Shown here one piece after another: positions 15,215 to 24,276 of a stretch of 26,782 bases of DNA. Below the pieces are notes generated by a model that saw only the letters and a list, made by a program, of their open reading frames with translations, searched no databases and was not told where the DNA came from. Within the stretch, counting starts at the first letter, position 1, and each line of letters begins with the position of its first letter. The translations under genes and the position numbers were made by a program. This DNA is from Anaerolineae bacterium (GTDB lineage Bacteria; Chloroflexota; Anaerolineae; SpSt-313): contig DAOUGZ010000300.1 of assembly GCA_034428955.1 (NCBI GenBank), positions 1 through 26,782 of the forward strand. The letters run 5' to 3'.

Positions 15215-17536
15215 ATGGCAAAGAAGGCCAGCAGATCGCGCAAAAGCAAGAGAAAGGCTCGCAGCGGACCGCTGATCCAGCTATCCGGCGCCGCCAGGCT
15301 GCAAGTCAGCGGGCTGGTGTTGCTCACGCTGGCGGTGGTGACTCTGCTGAGCCTGGTCTCGGTGAACCAGGGTACCCTGACCGGGGCCTGGCTGGGCTTT
15401 TTGCGGCGGGCCTTTGGTTGGGGCAGGCTGGTGATCCCCTTTGGACTCGGCGCGGCCGGCGTGCTGCTCTTTATGGCCGGGGCCGGGAATCCGGTGGCGC
15501 TCCCCTGGCGGCGCGTGGTGGGGCTGGGGTTGCTCTTCTTCACAGCGGAGGGGCTGAGCCATAGCCTCCCATACGTGCCGGGGCCCGAGGCGTTGGCAGC
15601 CGCCGAGGCCGGTGCTGGGGGCGGCTACCTCGGCTGGGGCATCCAATCGCTGTTGTCTGCTGCGGTGGGCGACCTGGGCGGCGTTTTTATCCTCCTGCTG
15701 GCCCTGGTGGGGTCGGTGCTCTTGATTATCGACCGGCAGATCTCGGACCTGGCGGAGCTTGTCGCCCGCCTGTGGAAGAGCGTGACGGCCTGGTATCGGC
15801 TGCGGCGGGTTCCCGTAGGCGGCGGGCTGCCCCCCGTCCAGCCGGAGCGGCAGGGCGCCAACCTGTTGGAGCGGCTGGCTGAGCCGGTCATCCGCCCGCG
15901 GGTCGAGGCGCCTGTCGAGCCGGCATCAGAGCCCCACCGGCAGCCGCCTCCGCTGCCGCAGGCCACGAGCGAGGCACCCCAGCAGCGCGGCGTGGGCGTC
16001 TTGCACACGTGGACGCTCCCAGCCATGGCCGATATCCTGGCTGAGGGCCAGGAGCAGGACCTGAGCGAATCCGAGATCCGGGCCAAGGTGCGCACCATCG
16101 AGGAGACGCTGCAACAGTTCGGCGTGAGCGCCCGCGTGGTGGAGGTGAACCAAGGGCCGACGGTCACCCAGTTTGGCCTCGAGCCCGGCTTTACCGAGCG
16201 CAAGGACGCCAAAGGCAAGGTCATCGGCCGCTCCAAGGTCAAGGTGCGGCGCATCCAGTCGCTGGCCGACGACCTGGCGCTGGCCCTGGCCGCGACCTCG
16301 ATCCGCATCGAGGCGCCCGTCCCTGGGCGGCCGATGATGGGCATCGAGATCCCCAACGACCAAAAGGCCACAGTCACGCTGCGCAGCGTGATGGAGTCGG
16401 AGGTCTTTCAGCGCCTCGATTCGCGCCTGCGCATTGCCCTGGGCATTGACGTCCTGGGCCAGGCCATCACGGCCGACCTGGCCACCATGCCCCACCTGCT
16501 CATCGCCGGCGCAACCGGCGCAGGCAAGAGCGTCTGCATCAATGCCATCATCGCCTGCCTTCTCTTCGGCAACACGCCGGACCAATTGCGCCTGATCATG
16601 ATCGATCCCAAGCGCGTCGAACTGACCGGCTACAACGGCATCCCCCACCTGCTGACGCCGGTAGTAGTCGAGGTGGAACGAGCCGCGGGCACACTCAAGT
16701 GGGTCACGCGCGAGATGGACCGCCGCTACGAGATATTCAGCAAGGTCGGCGTACGCAACATCGAGGGCTACAACGCCTACGCAGCCGGCCGCGGCGACCC
16801 GCCCTTCCCCTACCTGGCCGTGTTCATCGACGAACTGGCGGACCTGATGATGGTATCGCCGGACGAGGTCGAGCGTTCCATCTGCCGCATTGCCCAGATG
16901 GCGCGGGCCACGGGCATCCACCTGGTCATCGCCACACAGCGCCCCTCGGTAGATGTGGTCACCGGCCTGATCAAGGCCAACTTTCCGGCGCGCATCAGCT
17001 TTGCCGTCTCTACACAGATTGACTCGCGGGTTATCCTCGATGGACCGGGCGCCGAGCAACTCTTGGGGCGGGGCGACATGCTCTACATGGCGCCGGATGC
17101 CAGCAAACTCACCCGCCTGCAGGGCTGCTGGGTCTCGGATGCCGAGATCGACCGTCTGGTGAACTTTTGGAAGGGCCAGGTCACGGGCGCCGAAGCGACG
17201 GCCGCAGCGGTCACCGCGCCAGCTACAGCGCTGCCGGTGCAGCAAGCGCTGTGGAAGGAGGTTGCCGAGGCCGAGGCTGATGAGGGCGATGCCCTGCTCG
17301 ACGAGGCCATCTCGCTGGTGCGCGCGCAGAACCGCGCTTCGATCTCGCTCCTGCAGCGCAAGCTGCGCATCGGCTACGCCCGCGCCGCGCGCATCATGGA
17401 CCTCCTGGAGGACCGCGGCGTAGTCAGCCCGGTCGACGGGCCGGGGCACAGCCGCGAGGTACTGCCGGAGGACGACGAGGCCGAAGGCAACGCTGTGGAC
17501 GCCCACGAGTACGAGTATGAAGAGGATGGGGAATAG
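15215..17536 (+). CDS. ftsK: DNA translocase FtsK/SpoIIIE
   Basis: N-terminal TM region, Walker A (LLIAGATGAGKSVCINAII), Walker B (FIDELADLMM), and a C-terminal gamma winged-helix (SISLLQRKLRIGYARAARIMDLLEDRGVV). Confidence 0.9.
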   Translation: MAKKASRSRKSKRKARSGPLIQLSGAARLQVSGLVLLTLAVVTLLSLVSVNQGTLTGAWLGFLRRAFGWGRLVIPFGLGAAGVLLFMAGAGNPVALPWRRVVGLGLLFFTAEGLSHSLPYVPGPEALAAAEAGAGGGYLGWGIQSLLSAAVGDLGGVFILLLALVGSVLLIIDRQISDLAELVARLWKSVTAWYRLRRVPVGGGLPPVQPERQGANLLERLAEPVIRPRVEAPVEPASEPHRQPPPLPQATSEAPQQRGVGVLHTWTLPAMADILAEGQEQDLSESEIRAKVRTIEETLQQFGVSARVVEVNQGPTVTQFGLEPGFTERKDAKGKVIGRSKVKVRRIQSLADDLALALAATSIRIEAPVPGRPMMGIEIPNDQKATVTLRSVMESEVFQRLDSRLRIALGIDVLGQAITADLATMPHLLIAGATGAGKSVCINAIIACLLFGNTPDQLRLIMIDPKRVELTGYNGIPHLLTPVVVEVERAAGTLKWVTREMDRRYEIFSKVGVRNIEGYNAYAAGRGDPPFPYLAVFIDELADLMMVSPDEVERSICRIAQMARATGIHLVIATQRPSVDVVTGLIKANFPARISFAVSTQIDSRVILDGPGAEQLLGRGDMLYMAPDASKLTRLQGCWVSDAEIDRLVNFWKGQVTGAEATAAAVTAPATALPVQQALWKEVAEAEADEGDALLDEAISLVRAQNRASISLLQRKLRIGYARAARIMDLLEDRGVVSPVDGPGHSREVLPEDDEAEGNAVDAHEYEYEEDGE

Positions 17537-17588
17537 CCTAGTAGCACACCTTGGCTGAGCCGATAGCCGGCGAGCTTGCGCAGGGTTC

Positions 17589-18191
17589 TCAGCCGGCCTT
17601 TAGCCCATCCAAAAGCAGCGAAGCGACAGCGCGCGGGTTCTGCCGGATGCGCCCCGCCTCCTCGGCATTGGAACAGCCGGTCAGGTACACTGAAAAGATG
17701 AGTGCGGCGGCCAGCCGGGCATCGATGGGCCGGAATGTTCGCTCCAGCAGACCGGTCTGCACGATCTCCTGCTCCACAAAAGACAGCAGCGGCGCATAGG
17801 CCTGTTTTACAAAGCCGCGGATCTCGGGGTCCGGCCCATGCAGGGCGGCGGCGATGACCCGGGCGGCGGCAGGCAGGCCCTGGGCAAAGGCAAAGCCGCT
17901 GGCGAAAAAGCGCTCGAGGCGGGCCGCGGGCTCTGCAGCCAGGCCGGCCCCCTGCAGGATGAGCGCGCTGTGGCGCTCCGCAATATCGAGCACTACCGCC
18001 TCGAACAGGGCGCGCTTGCTGGGGAAATAGTTGTACACCGTGCCCTGGGCAAAGCCGGCACTCTGGGAGATGCGGTTGATATTGGCGCCGCTGTATCCCT
18101 GAGCGGCAAACTCGGTGAGGGCGGCCTCCAGCAGGCGCTGGCGCGCTTGCTCCTTGATCTGGTCGCGCTCAGCGTCTTTGTAGCGGGGCAT
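17589..18191 (-). CDS. TetR/AcrR family transcriptional regulator
   Basis: N-terminal helix-turn-helix (FAAQGYSGANINRISQSAGFAQGTVYNYFPSKRALF). 200 aa. Confidence 0.85.
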   Translation of the reverse strand: MPRYKDAERDQIKEQARQRLLEAALTEFAAQGYSGANINRISQSAGFAQGTVYNYFPSKRALFEAVVLDIAERHSALILQGAGLAAEPAARLERFFASGFAFAQGLPAAARVIAAALHGPDPEIRGFVKQAYAPLLSFVEQEIVQTGLLERTFRPIDARLAAALIFSVYLTGCSNAEEAGRIRQNPRAVASLLLDGLKAG

Positions 18192-18256
18192 GATGAGCGA
18201 CCTCCGTGGGGAACGATGGGCAGACGAACGTGATGTAATGGTCAGATTATAGCGGT

Positions 18257-18622
18257 TTGAGTGGAGAGCGCAAAACGCGTGAAACGCTAAACGTCATCGG
18301 CACAGCCCTCCCTGCGCAGTTTGAGGAATGCCCCGAGCGGCGTTACCTGGGCGCCATTCACTACCTGGCGCTGGTCTGCGACGATGGTGAGTTGGTGCGC
18401 AGGCTAAAGGCGCGGCCGGCCTGGCGGACCTCCGCCTCGGGCGAGTTTCTGCAGGGTATGGTCGCCTTTAACGCCTGGCTCAAGGAGAATGCAAGTCGCA
18501 CCGACCCGCCCATGACACTGCTGGATACGACCCATCTCTCCCTGGCGCAGAGCGCAGCGCGGGTAGCCGGCTGGGTGCGGTCGCACCTCAGTCAGGACGG
18601 GGTCTGTACCGGGCAAGGCTGA
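18257..18622 (+). CDS. hypothetical protein, resembles the C-terminal part of a small P-loop kinase but has no Walker A (possible gene remnant)
   Basis: TTG start. The C-terminal LLDTTHLSLAQSAARVAGWV resembles the tail of shikimate/gluconate-type kinases. There is no GxxGxGK[ST] motif. Confidence 0.3.
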   Translation: MSGERKTRETLNVIGTALPAQFEECPERRYLGAIHYLALVCDDGELVRRLKARPAWRTSASGEFLQGMVAFNAWLKENASRTDPPMTLLDTTHLSLAQSAARVAGWVRSHLSQDGVCTGQG

Positions 18623-18664
18623 GACTTGCATAGACCTCAGAGTGTCAGCAACTGGTGACGATGG

Positions 18665-18693
18665 TTGACGCCCGGCTCGTTTTGTGCCATAAT
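18665..18693 (+). promoter_or_regulatory. sigma70-like promoter TTGACG-17-CATAAT (TGnCATAAT)
   Basis: TTGACG at 18665-18670 and CATAAT at 18688-18693, with a 17-nt spacer. The promoter sits 80 nt upstream of mutS2. Confidence 0.45.
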
Positions 18694-18723
18694 CTAGGCA
18701 ACAAACTCAGCATGTGCCCAAAG

Positions 18724-18749
18724 GCCCGCGCCTTGATGCGGGCTTTTTT
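18724..18749 (+). terminator. canonical rho-independent terminator (GCCCGC-GCCTTGAT-GCGGGC + TTTTTT)
   Basis: 6-bp GC stem, 8-nt loop and a T6 tract at 18744-18749. It lies between the promoter above and the mutS2 start codon (18774). Confidence 0.6.
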
Positions 18750-18773
18750 GTGGCACAAGGTTAGTCATTATCT

Positions 18774-21143
18774 ATGGAAGAAAAGTACCTCAACACACTA
18801 GAGTATCCCAAAATCCTGGAGCGCCTGGCCCGGCACACCTCCTTCTCGGCCGGACGCGAGCTGGCGCTGGGGCTCAAGCCCTCCACCGACCTGATCGAGG
18901 TGCGCCGGCGTCAGCGGGAGACGAGCGAGGCGCGTGCGCTGCAGGATATCCGGCCGGACGTTTCGTTGGGCGGCGCGCGCGACGTGCGCCCCCTTCTGCG
19001 GCGGGCCTATGTGGGCGCCACGCTGCTGACGGGCGATCTGCTGGACATCCGGCAGACGATGCTGGCGGCGCGAACGCTCAAGCGCTCGATTACCCGGCTG
19101 AGCAACCAGTTCCCCATCCTGTCGAACCACGCCCAGTGGCTCGAAGAGTGCACCGACCTGGTAAACGAGATCGGCCGCTGCATCAGCGACCGCGGTGAGG
19201 TGCAGGATGGGGCAAGCCCGGCCCTGGCGCGCATCCGCGCAGAACTCTCCGTGGCCCGCGACCGGCTGATGGAGCGCCTACAGCGCCTCGTCGGTTCGGG
19301 GGAGGTCGGCCCCTATCTGCAAGAGGCGTTGATTACCCAGCGCAGTGGGCGCTATGTGATCCCCATCAAGGCCGAAGCCAAGGGGCGCGTGCCGGGGATT
19401 GTGCACGACGAATCCGCCAGCGGGGCGACGGTCTTTATCGAGCCGCTGGCCACGGTGGAGCTGAACAACCACTGGCGCGAGCTGGAGCTGCAAGAGCAGC
19501 ACGAGGTGGAGCGCATCCTGGCCGAACTGACCGAGCAGGTGGCGGAGAACGGCGACCTGATCGAGCGCACGGTGGAGATGCTGGCCCGGTTGGACCTGGC
19601 TTTCGCCAAGGGGCACTATAGCCACGAGCTACGCGCCGTACAGCCACGCCTCTGGGGCGGCAGCCAGGCAGCAAACGAACCCAAGCCGCCGGCACCTTTC
19701 TCGCTGCAAAAGGCCCGGCATCCCCTGTTGCCACCGGAGACGGTCGTGCCGATTACCGTCTGGCTGGGCGGTGATTTTCGGGTGCTGGTAATCACCGGAC
19801 CCAACACGGGCGGCAAGACGGTGGCCCTCAAGACGGTGGGCCTGCTGGCGCTGATGCACCAGGCCGGCCTGCATCTGCCGGTGGATGCCGAATCCTGCCT
19901 GCCTGTCTTTAACGGCGTCTATGCCGATATCGGCGACGAGCAGTCGATCGAGCAGAGCCTCTCGACGTTCTCGTCGCACATGAGCACAATCATCGACATC
20001 CTGCGCCGGGCGGGCAAGGGCTCGCTCGTGCTGCTCGACGAGCTGGGCGCCGGCACCGACCCGATAGAAGGCTCGGCCCTGGCGCGCGCAATCATCAACA
20101 CGCTCCTCTCCCGCGAGCTGCTGGCCGTGGCAACGACGCACTATTCCGAACTCAAGCTTTACGCCTACTCTACGCCCGGCGTGAGCAACGCTTCCGTCGA
20201 GTTTGACGTAGAGACGCTCTCGCCGACTTTTGAGTTGAACATCGGCCTGCCCGGCCGTTCCAACGCTTTGGCCATCGCCCAACGCCTGGGCCTATCGCAG
20301 GAACTGATCGACGAAGCTTCATCGATGGTTTCGCCGGCGGACCGCGAGGCCGATGCGCTCTTGGGCGAGATCAAGGCGGCGCGGGACCAGTCGGAGCAGT
20401 CGCTGCGCGAGATGCACACCGCGCAGGCTGAGGTGGAAGAGCTGCGGCAATCGCTGGCCCACGAGCTGGCGATGATTGACGAGACGCGGCGGCAGACAAT
20501 CGAGGAAGCCCGTGCCCAGGTGCAGCGCGAGCTGGAGGCGGTCCGCGCCGAACTGCGCTCCATCAGCGCCGGGCTGGTCACCGAGACGCTGACCCAGGAG
20601 TGGCTGCGCCAGGCCTCCGAGCGGGTGCGCCAGTTGGAGAAAGAGATCAAGCCCACTCCGCCACCGCCCGCGCCAGTGCCTGTGGGCGGGCCGGCAGCCG
20701 TGGGCGATACGGTCCTGGTGGCGAGCCTGGGACAGACGGGCGAGGTGGTCAACCTGAGCGGCGGCGAGGCGGAGGTGCAGATCGGCAATTTCCGCCTGCG
20801 CACGCGCCTTAGCGACCTGGAGCTGCGTCATCGCGCCGCGCCCAAACCGCAGCCCGAGCCGGTAACCACCACGCGGGTGGCCGCGGAATCGCCGGGCCTG
20901 GAGCTGGACCTGCGCGGCGAACGAGTAGAGGGCGCATTGCCGCGCCTGGAAAAGTACCTGGACAATGCCTACCTGGCCGGCCTGCCCTACGTGCGTATCA
21001 TCCACGGCAAGGGCACCGGCACACTGCGCCAGGTCGTGCGCGATGCACTGGCAGAGAACCCTCTCGTCTCCTCCTTCCGCTCCGGCGAGCGCGAGGAAGG
21101 CGGCGATGGCGTAACGGTGGCCAAACTGGCGTCGGTGGCGTGA
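18774..21143 (+). CDS. mutS2: endonuclease MutS2 (MutS domain plus C-terminal Smr domain)
   Basis: Walker A (VITGPNTGGKTVALKTVGL), and a C-terminal Smr domain (LDLRGERVEGALPRLEKYLDNAYLAGLPYVRIIHGKGTGTLRQ). 789 aa. Confidence 0.9.
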   Translation: MEEKYLNTLEYPKILERLARHTSFSAGRELALGLKPSTDLIEVRRRQRETSEARALQDIRPDVSLGGARDVRPLLRRAYVGATLLTGDLLDIRQTMLAARTLKRSITRLSNQFPILSNHAQWLEECTDLVNEIGRCISDRGEVQDGASPALARIRAELSVARDRLMERLQRLVGSGEVGPYLQEALITQRSGRYVIPIKAEAKGRVPGIVHDESASGATVFIEPLATVELNNHWRELELQEQHEVERILAELTEQVAENGDLIERTVEMLARLDLAFAKGHYSHELRAVQPRLWGGSQAANEPKPPAPFSLQKARHPLLPPETVVPITVWLGGDFRVLVITGPNTGGKTVALKTVGLLALMHQAGLHLPVDAESCLPVFNGVYADIGDEQSIEQSLSTFSSHMSTIIDILRRAGKGSLVLLDELGAGTDPIEGSALARAIINTLLSRELLAVATTHYSELKLYAYSTPGVSNASVEFDVETLSPTFELNIGLPGRSNALAIAQRLGLSQELIDEASSMVSPADREADALLGEIKAARDQSEQSLREMHTAQAEVEELRQSLAHELAMIDETRRQTIEEARAQVQRELEAVRAELRSISAGLVTETLTQEWLRQASERVRQLEKEIKPTPPPPAPVPVGGPAAVGDTVLVASLGQTGEVVNLSGGEAEVQIGNFRLRTRLSDLELRHRAAPKPQPEPVTTTRVAAESPGLELDLRGERVEGALPRLEKYLDNAYLAGLPYVRIIHGKGTGTLRQVVRDALAENPLVSSFRSGEREEGGDGVTVAKLASVA

Positions 21144-21160
21144 AACGCACTCGATGCGAA

Positions 21161-21279
21161 CGCGTAGGGACGAGTCCCCGGACGTGAAGAGGGAGTCCCA
21201 CGCGAGCGTAGAGCAGCCGAGTTGCATCAACGATGTGAGCCCACAGAGCTCGGGAGTCCCGCGCGAGCGTACAGCGGCC
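21161..21279. repeat. cluster of short palindrome-containing repeats (three GGGA[CG]AGTCCC / GGGAGTCCC cores; 24-bp direct repeat, 22/24 identical)
   Basis: GGGACGAGTCCCC at 21167-21179. GGGAGTCCCACGCGAGCGTAGAGC at 21190-21213. GGGAGTCCCGCGCGAGCGTACAGC at 21251-21274. GCGAACGCGTAG precedes the first core and resembles GCGAGCGTAGAG. Confidence 0.5.
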
Positions 21280-21442
21280 AGACCGCAACATGCAGCATGC
21301 TGAGCGAGTTCAGGACGTGCCCTAGGTGGCGCCGATTCCGGGATGCGCCCACCGGCGCTGTGCCGTCCTCAGCTCGCTCCCTTGGCCGCCTGTGTGGGCT
21401 AGCCGCCCGAGCCGCTCGCGGAAGACTCCCTTGGTATCCGCT

Positions 21443-22498
21443 CTACTCTTCCCCTTGCCCCTCCTCTTCCTCAGAGCTGCGCCCCGATTCGACGACAGGC
21501 GGGGCGAGCACCTGTCGCTGCTGCATGGCCGTCGTGATCTGGCGCACCGTATCGAGGAACTCGACCGGGATGACCCACTTGGACTGCGGGTCAACGGCCA
21601 GTTTCTCGATGGCCTCAATCCACTTCAGTGCAACAAAGTCCACCGTGGACATGCCCTCGGTGATGGCTGCAGCCTGCATCTTGATCTTGGCCAGCTCGGC
21701 CTCAAAGCGGCGGATGGCCACTTCCTTCTCGCTCTGAGCGTCGATGCGCGCGATTTCGGCCCGCTTGCGCGCCTTGCGGATGGCAAAGGCGCTGTTCAGA
21801 TCATCCTCGGCAACGTGCAAGACCTGGATGGAGCAGCGGGTGACGGTCACGCCCCAGCGGCGCGTTTCCCGATCCAGGAGGTAGCGCACCTTCGAGTTCA
21901 CGTGCACGCGCGGGCGGGGGATGATCGTATCGCCTACCGGCGAGATGCCGATGAACTCGTCGCGCCAGCCGGTATCGCCGAGCACGTCGCGCAGAGTGGC
22001 CTGGGCCTGCTTCTCGGTCGCCTGCTTCCAGTCCAACACCTCATAAGTCGCCCGATAGATGGCTTGCTCGTCGGGAATCTCGCGGCCGTTCACCATCCGC
22101 CGCTCGATGCGATAGCGCACGAGAACCTTTAGCTTGGGGGTGGCCGAAGAGCCGATGAGCACCTCGTCGGCAACAAACTCGTGCAGTTGCTCGGTGGTGT
22201 CGATGACCTTTTTGACCTTATCAAAGGGATCCAGCAGCAGTGAAGACCCCGGGTAGAGGATGCGGCTGAAGGCGCCCATGCGCTCAACGACCTGCACCGT
22301 TCCCTCTTCCACCGTCATGACGGTGGCACGGAAGAACCGCAAGGTCAGCCCAATGATGAGCGGTATGGCCAGCAGTGCGCCGACCAGGCCCAGCATGCCA
22401 AAGGTCAGAAAGGTGTACAGGATGGATATGGCAACCAGCACCATCAACAAGATGATGACGACAAAGAGCAGCCTGTTCACCACATCAAAGTTGCGCAT
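21443..22498 (-). CDS. SPFH/Band-7 (stomatin/prohibitin-like) membrane protein
   Basis: Two N-terminal TM helices followed by an SPFH domain, then a coiled-coil and an acidic tail. 351 aa. Confidence 0.8.
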   Translation of the reverse strand: MRNFDVVNRLLFVVIILLMVLVAISILYTFLTFGMLGLVGALLAIPLIIGLTLRFFRATVMTVEEGTVQVVERMGAFSRILYPGSSLLLDPFDKVKKVIDTTEQLHEFVADEVLIGSSATPKLKVLVRYRIERRMVNGREIPDEQAIYRATYEVLDWKQATEKQAQATLRDVLGDTGWRDEFIGISPVGDTIIPRPRVHVNSKVRYLLDRETRRWGVTVTRCSIQVLHVAEDDLNSAFAIRKARKRAEIARIDAQSEKEVAIRRFEAELAKIKMQAAAITEGMSTVDFVALKWIEAIEKLAVDPQSKWVIPVEFLDTVRQITTAMQQRQVLAPPVVESGRSSEEEEGQGEE

Positions 22499-22519
22499 TC
22501 CGGTCTCCTTTGGTCTGCC

Positions 22520-22577
22520 AGTTCAAGCAGGGCCTGCCTGCTGCTAGTTCAAACAGGCCCTGCCCGCTGCTAGTTCG
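22520..22577. repeat. tandem 26-bp direct repeat x2 (plus a partial third), immediately upstream of the SPFH start codon
   Basis: AGTTCAAGCAGGGCCTGCCTGCTGCT at 22520-22545. AGTTCAAACAGGCCCTGCCCGCTGCT at 22546-22571. AGTTCG at 22572-22577. The cores CAGGGCCTG and CAGGCCCTG are reverse complements of each other. Confidence 0.55.
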
Positions 22578-22821
22578 TGAGACATACCAAGAACAGGAAC
22601 CGGGGGCTCAACAAACGCGCTGCACTCACGCAGCGCCTATCGACCGGCGCAGTGATCGCCAAAGCGGCAGGCGCTCCAGTGGCGCGCAACCAACTCTAGC
22701 AATCTATGCTTCAACCGATAGTTGACAGGAAGCGCAAGGTATGCCAGACTCCCATCACCCTGCGCCGCCGCTCCGTATTATACCATAATGTGTGCTAGTT
22801 GAAAACGCAACGGGATATGTG

Positions 22822-24276
22822 ATGGCTGACCAACTGGAAGTATTGCTCCGCGAGCGCTTTGGCCTCCCCAGCTTCCGTCCGGGGCAGAGGGAGGCCCTGG
22901 GCCACATTCTGGCGAGTGAGCACACCCTGCTCGTGATGCCCACCGGCTCGGGCAAGTCGCTCTGCTACCAGTTGCCGGCCTTGTTGGACGATGGGGTGGT
23001 GTTGGTCGTCTCCCCCTTGATCGCGCTGATGCAAGACCAGGTTCGCGCGCTGCAGCGGCGCGGCATCCTGGTGGCGGCGCTGCACAGCCTGCAACCGGCG
23101 GAGGAGCAGGCCACCACACTGCGACGAGTGGCAGCCGGCCTCTTCCGGCTGGTCTACGTCGCCCCGGAGCGCCTGCAGAACGCCGCTTTTCTGGAGGCGC
23201 TGCCGCCGAATGTGCGCTTGCTGGCCGTGGACGAAGCCCACTGCATCTCGCAATGGGGCCACGACTTTCGCCCCGCCTATCTCGGGATCCACCGCATCTG
23301 GGAGGTGCTGGGGCAGCCAACCGTCCTCGCCGCTACGGCCACGGCCACGCCCCAGGTCCAGCAGGACATCCTGCGCCAGTTGCACCTGCCTACAGCCAAG
23401 CGGGTAGTTACGGGGTTCAACCGGCCTAACCTCTTCTTCTCCGTAGTTCACGCGCAAGACGAGGACGAAAAGCTGGATTGCCTCTTCGACATACTGCCCG
23501 AGGAGGCCGACGGTGCCTATATCATCTATGTGGGGACCAAGCGCGCCGCCGAGGAATTGGCGGACCTGATTGACAGCACAACGCACCTGCAGGCAGCCTA
23601 CTACCATGGCGGTATGGAGGGGGAGGAGCGACGGCGCGTCCAGGCGCAGTTCCAGCAGGACCGCATCAACGTCCTGGTGGCTACGAACGCCTTTGGCATG
23701 GGGGTCGACAAGGCCAACGTGCGTGCGGTTATCCACTGGGATATCCCAGGCACCCTGGAAGCATACTATCAGGAGGCCGGGCGAGCGGGCAGAGACGGCC
23801 GGCCGGCACGCTGCGTGCTCATCTACAGCCCGCAAGACCGGGCACTGCAGGAGTGGTTCATCAACAACGATGCTCCCAGTGCCCAGGCGCTGGAACGGCT
23901 GCACCAGGCGCTGGCCCAGGCTCGCAGCCGCCGCGGCGGCCCACTGACCATCGACGAGAACGCCCTGCGGCGCAAAGCGCGGCTCAACGAGGTCAAATTC
24001 CGCGTGGGCATGAGCCTACTGCAGGGGGCCGGGCTGCTCGAAGAGCAGGGCCGCGACGGCGCCAGCCTCATGTTCACCCTCTCCCAGGGCGCCACCCTCA
24101 ATGCCGAAGGGATCATGGCCAAGGTCGAAGCACGCCGCCAGCACAAACGCCAGCTCCTGCAGCGCATGATCGCCTACGCAGAGACGACCGGCTGCCGCCG
24201 GCGCAGCATCCTCGCCTATTTCGGCGATCCGGATACCAGCATCGTCCCTCACTGCTGCGACAACTGCGAGCGCTAA
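22822..24276 (+). CDS. recQ: RecQ-family ATP-dependent DNA helicase (short form: helicase core plus zinc-binding/winged-helix region)
   Basis: GFNRPNLFFSV and DEAHCISQWGHDFRP. The C-terminal Cys cluster (CRRRSILAYFGD...HCCDNCER) is the RecQ-C zinc-binding region. I prefer ATG 22822 over GTG 22792; CATAAT at 22784-22789 lies upstream. Confidence 0.85.
   Translation: MADQLEVLLRERFGLPSFRPGQREALGHILASEHTLLVMPTGSGKSLCYQLPALLDDGVVLVVSPLIALMQDQVRALQRRGILVAALHSLQPAEEQATTLRRVAAGLFRLVYVAPERLQNAAFLEALPPNVRLLAVDEAHCISQWGHDFRPAYLGIHRIWEVLGQPTVLAATATATPQVQQDILRQLHLPTAKRVVTGFNRPNLFFSVVHAQDEDEKLDCLFDILPEEADGAYIIYVGTKRAAEELADLIDSTTHLQAAYYHGGMEGEERRRVQAQFQQDRINVLVATNAFGMGVDKANVRAVIHWDIPGTLEAYYQEAGRAGRDGRPARCVLIYSPQDRALQEWFINNDAPSAQALERLHQALAQARSRRGGPLTIDENALRRKARLNEVKFRVGMSLLQGAGLLEEQGRDGASLMFTLSQGATLNAEGIMAKVEARRQHKRQLLQRMIAYAETTGCRRRSILAYFGDPDTSIVPHCCDNCER

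Noticed and set aside
18700-18790. 29-codon ORF (MCPKARALMRAFLWHKVSHYLWKKSTSTH) spanning the terminator and the mutS2 start
   Set aside because: It has no RBS, is composed largely of the terminator hairpin, and overlaps the mutS2 start. It is probably not translated, though a leader-peptide role cannot be fully excluded.
21161-21279. Possible mini-CRISPR array (two 24-bp near-identical repeats separated by about 36 bp)
   Set aside because: There are only two clean units. A third degenerate unit lies directly adjacent without a spacer. The repeat is short and built around a 9-bp palindrome. No cas genes are nearby. It fits a REP/MITE-like repeat cluster better.
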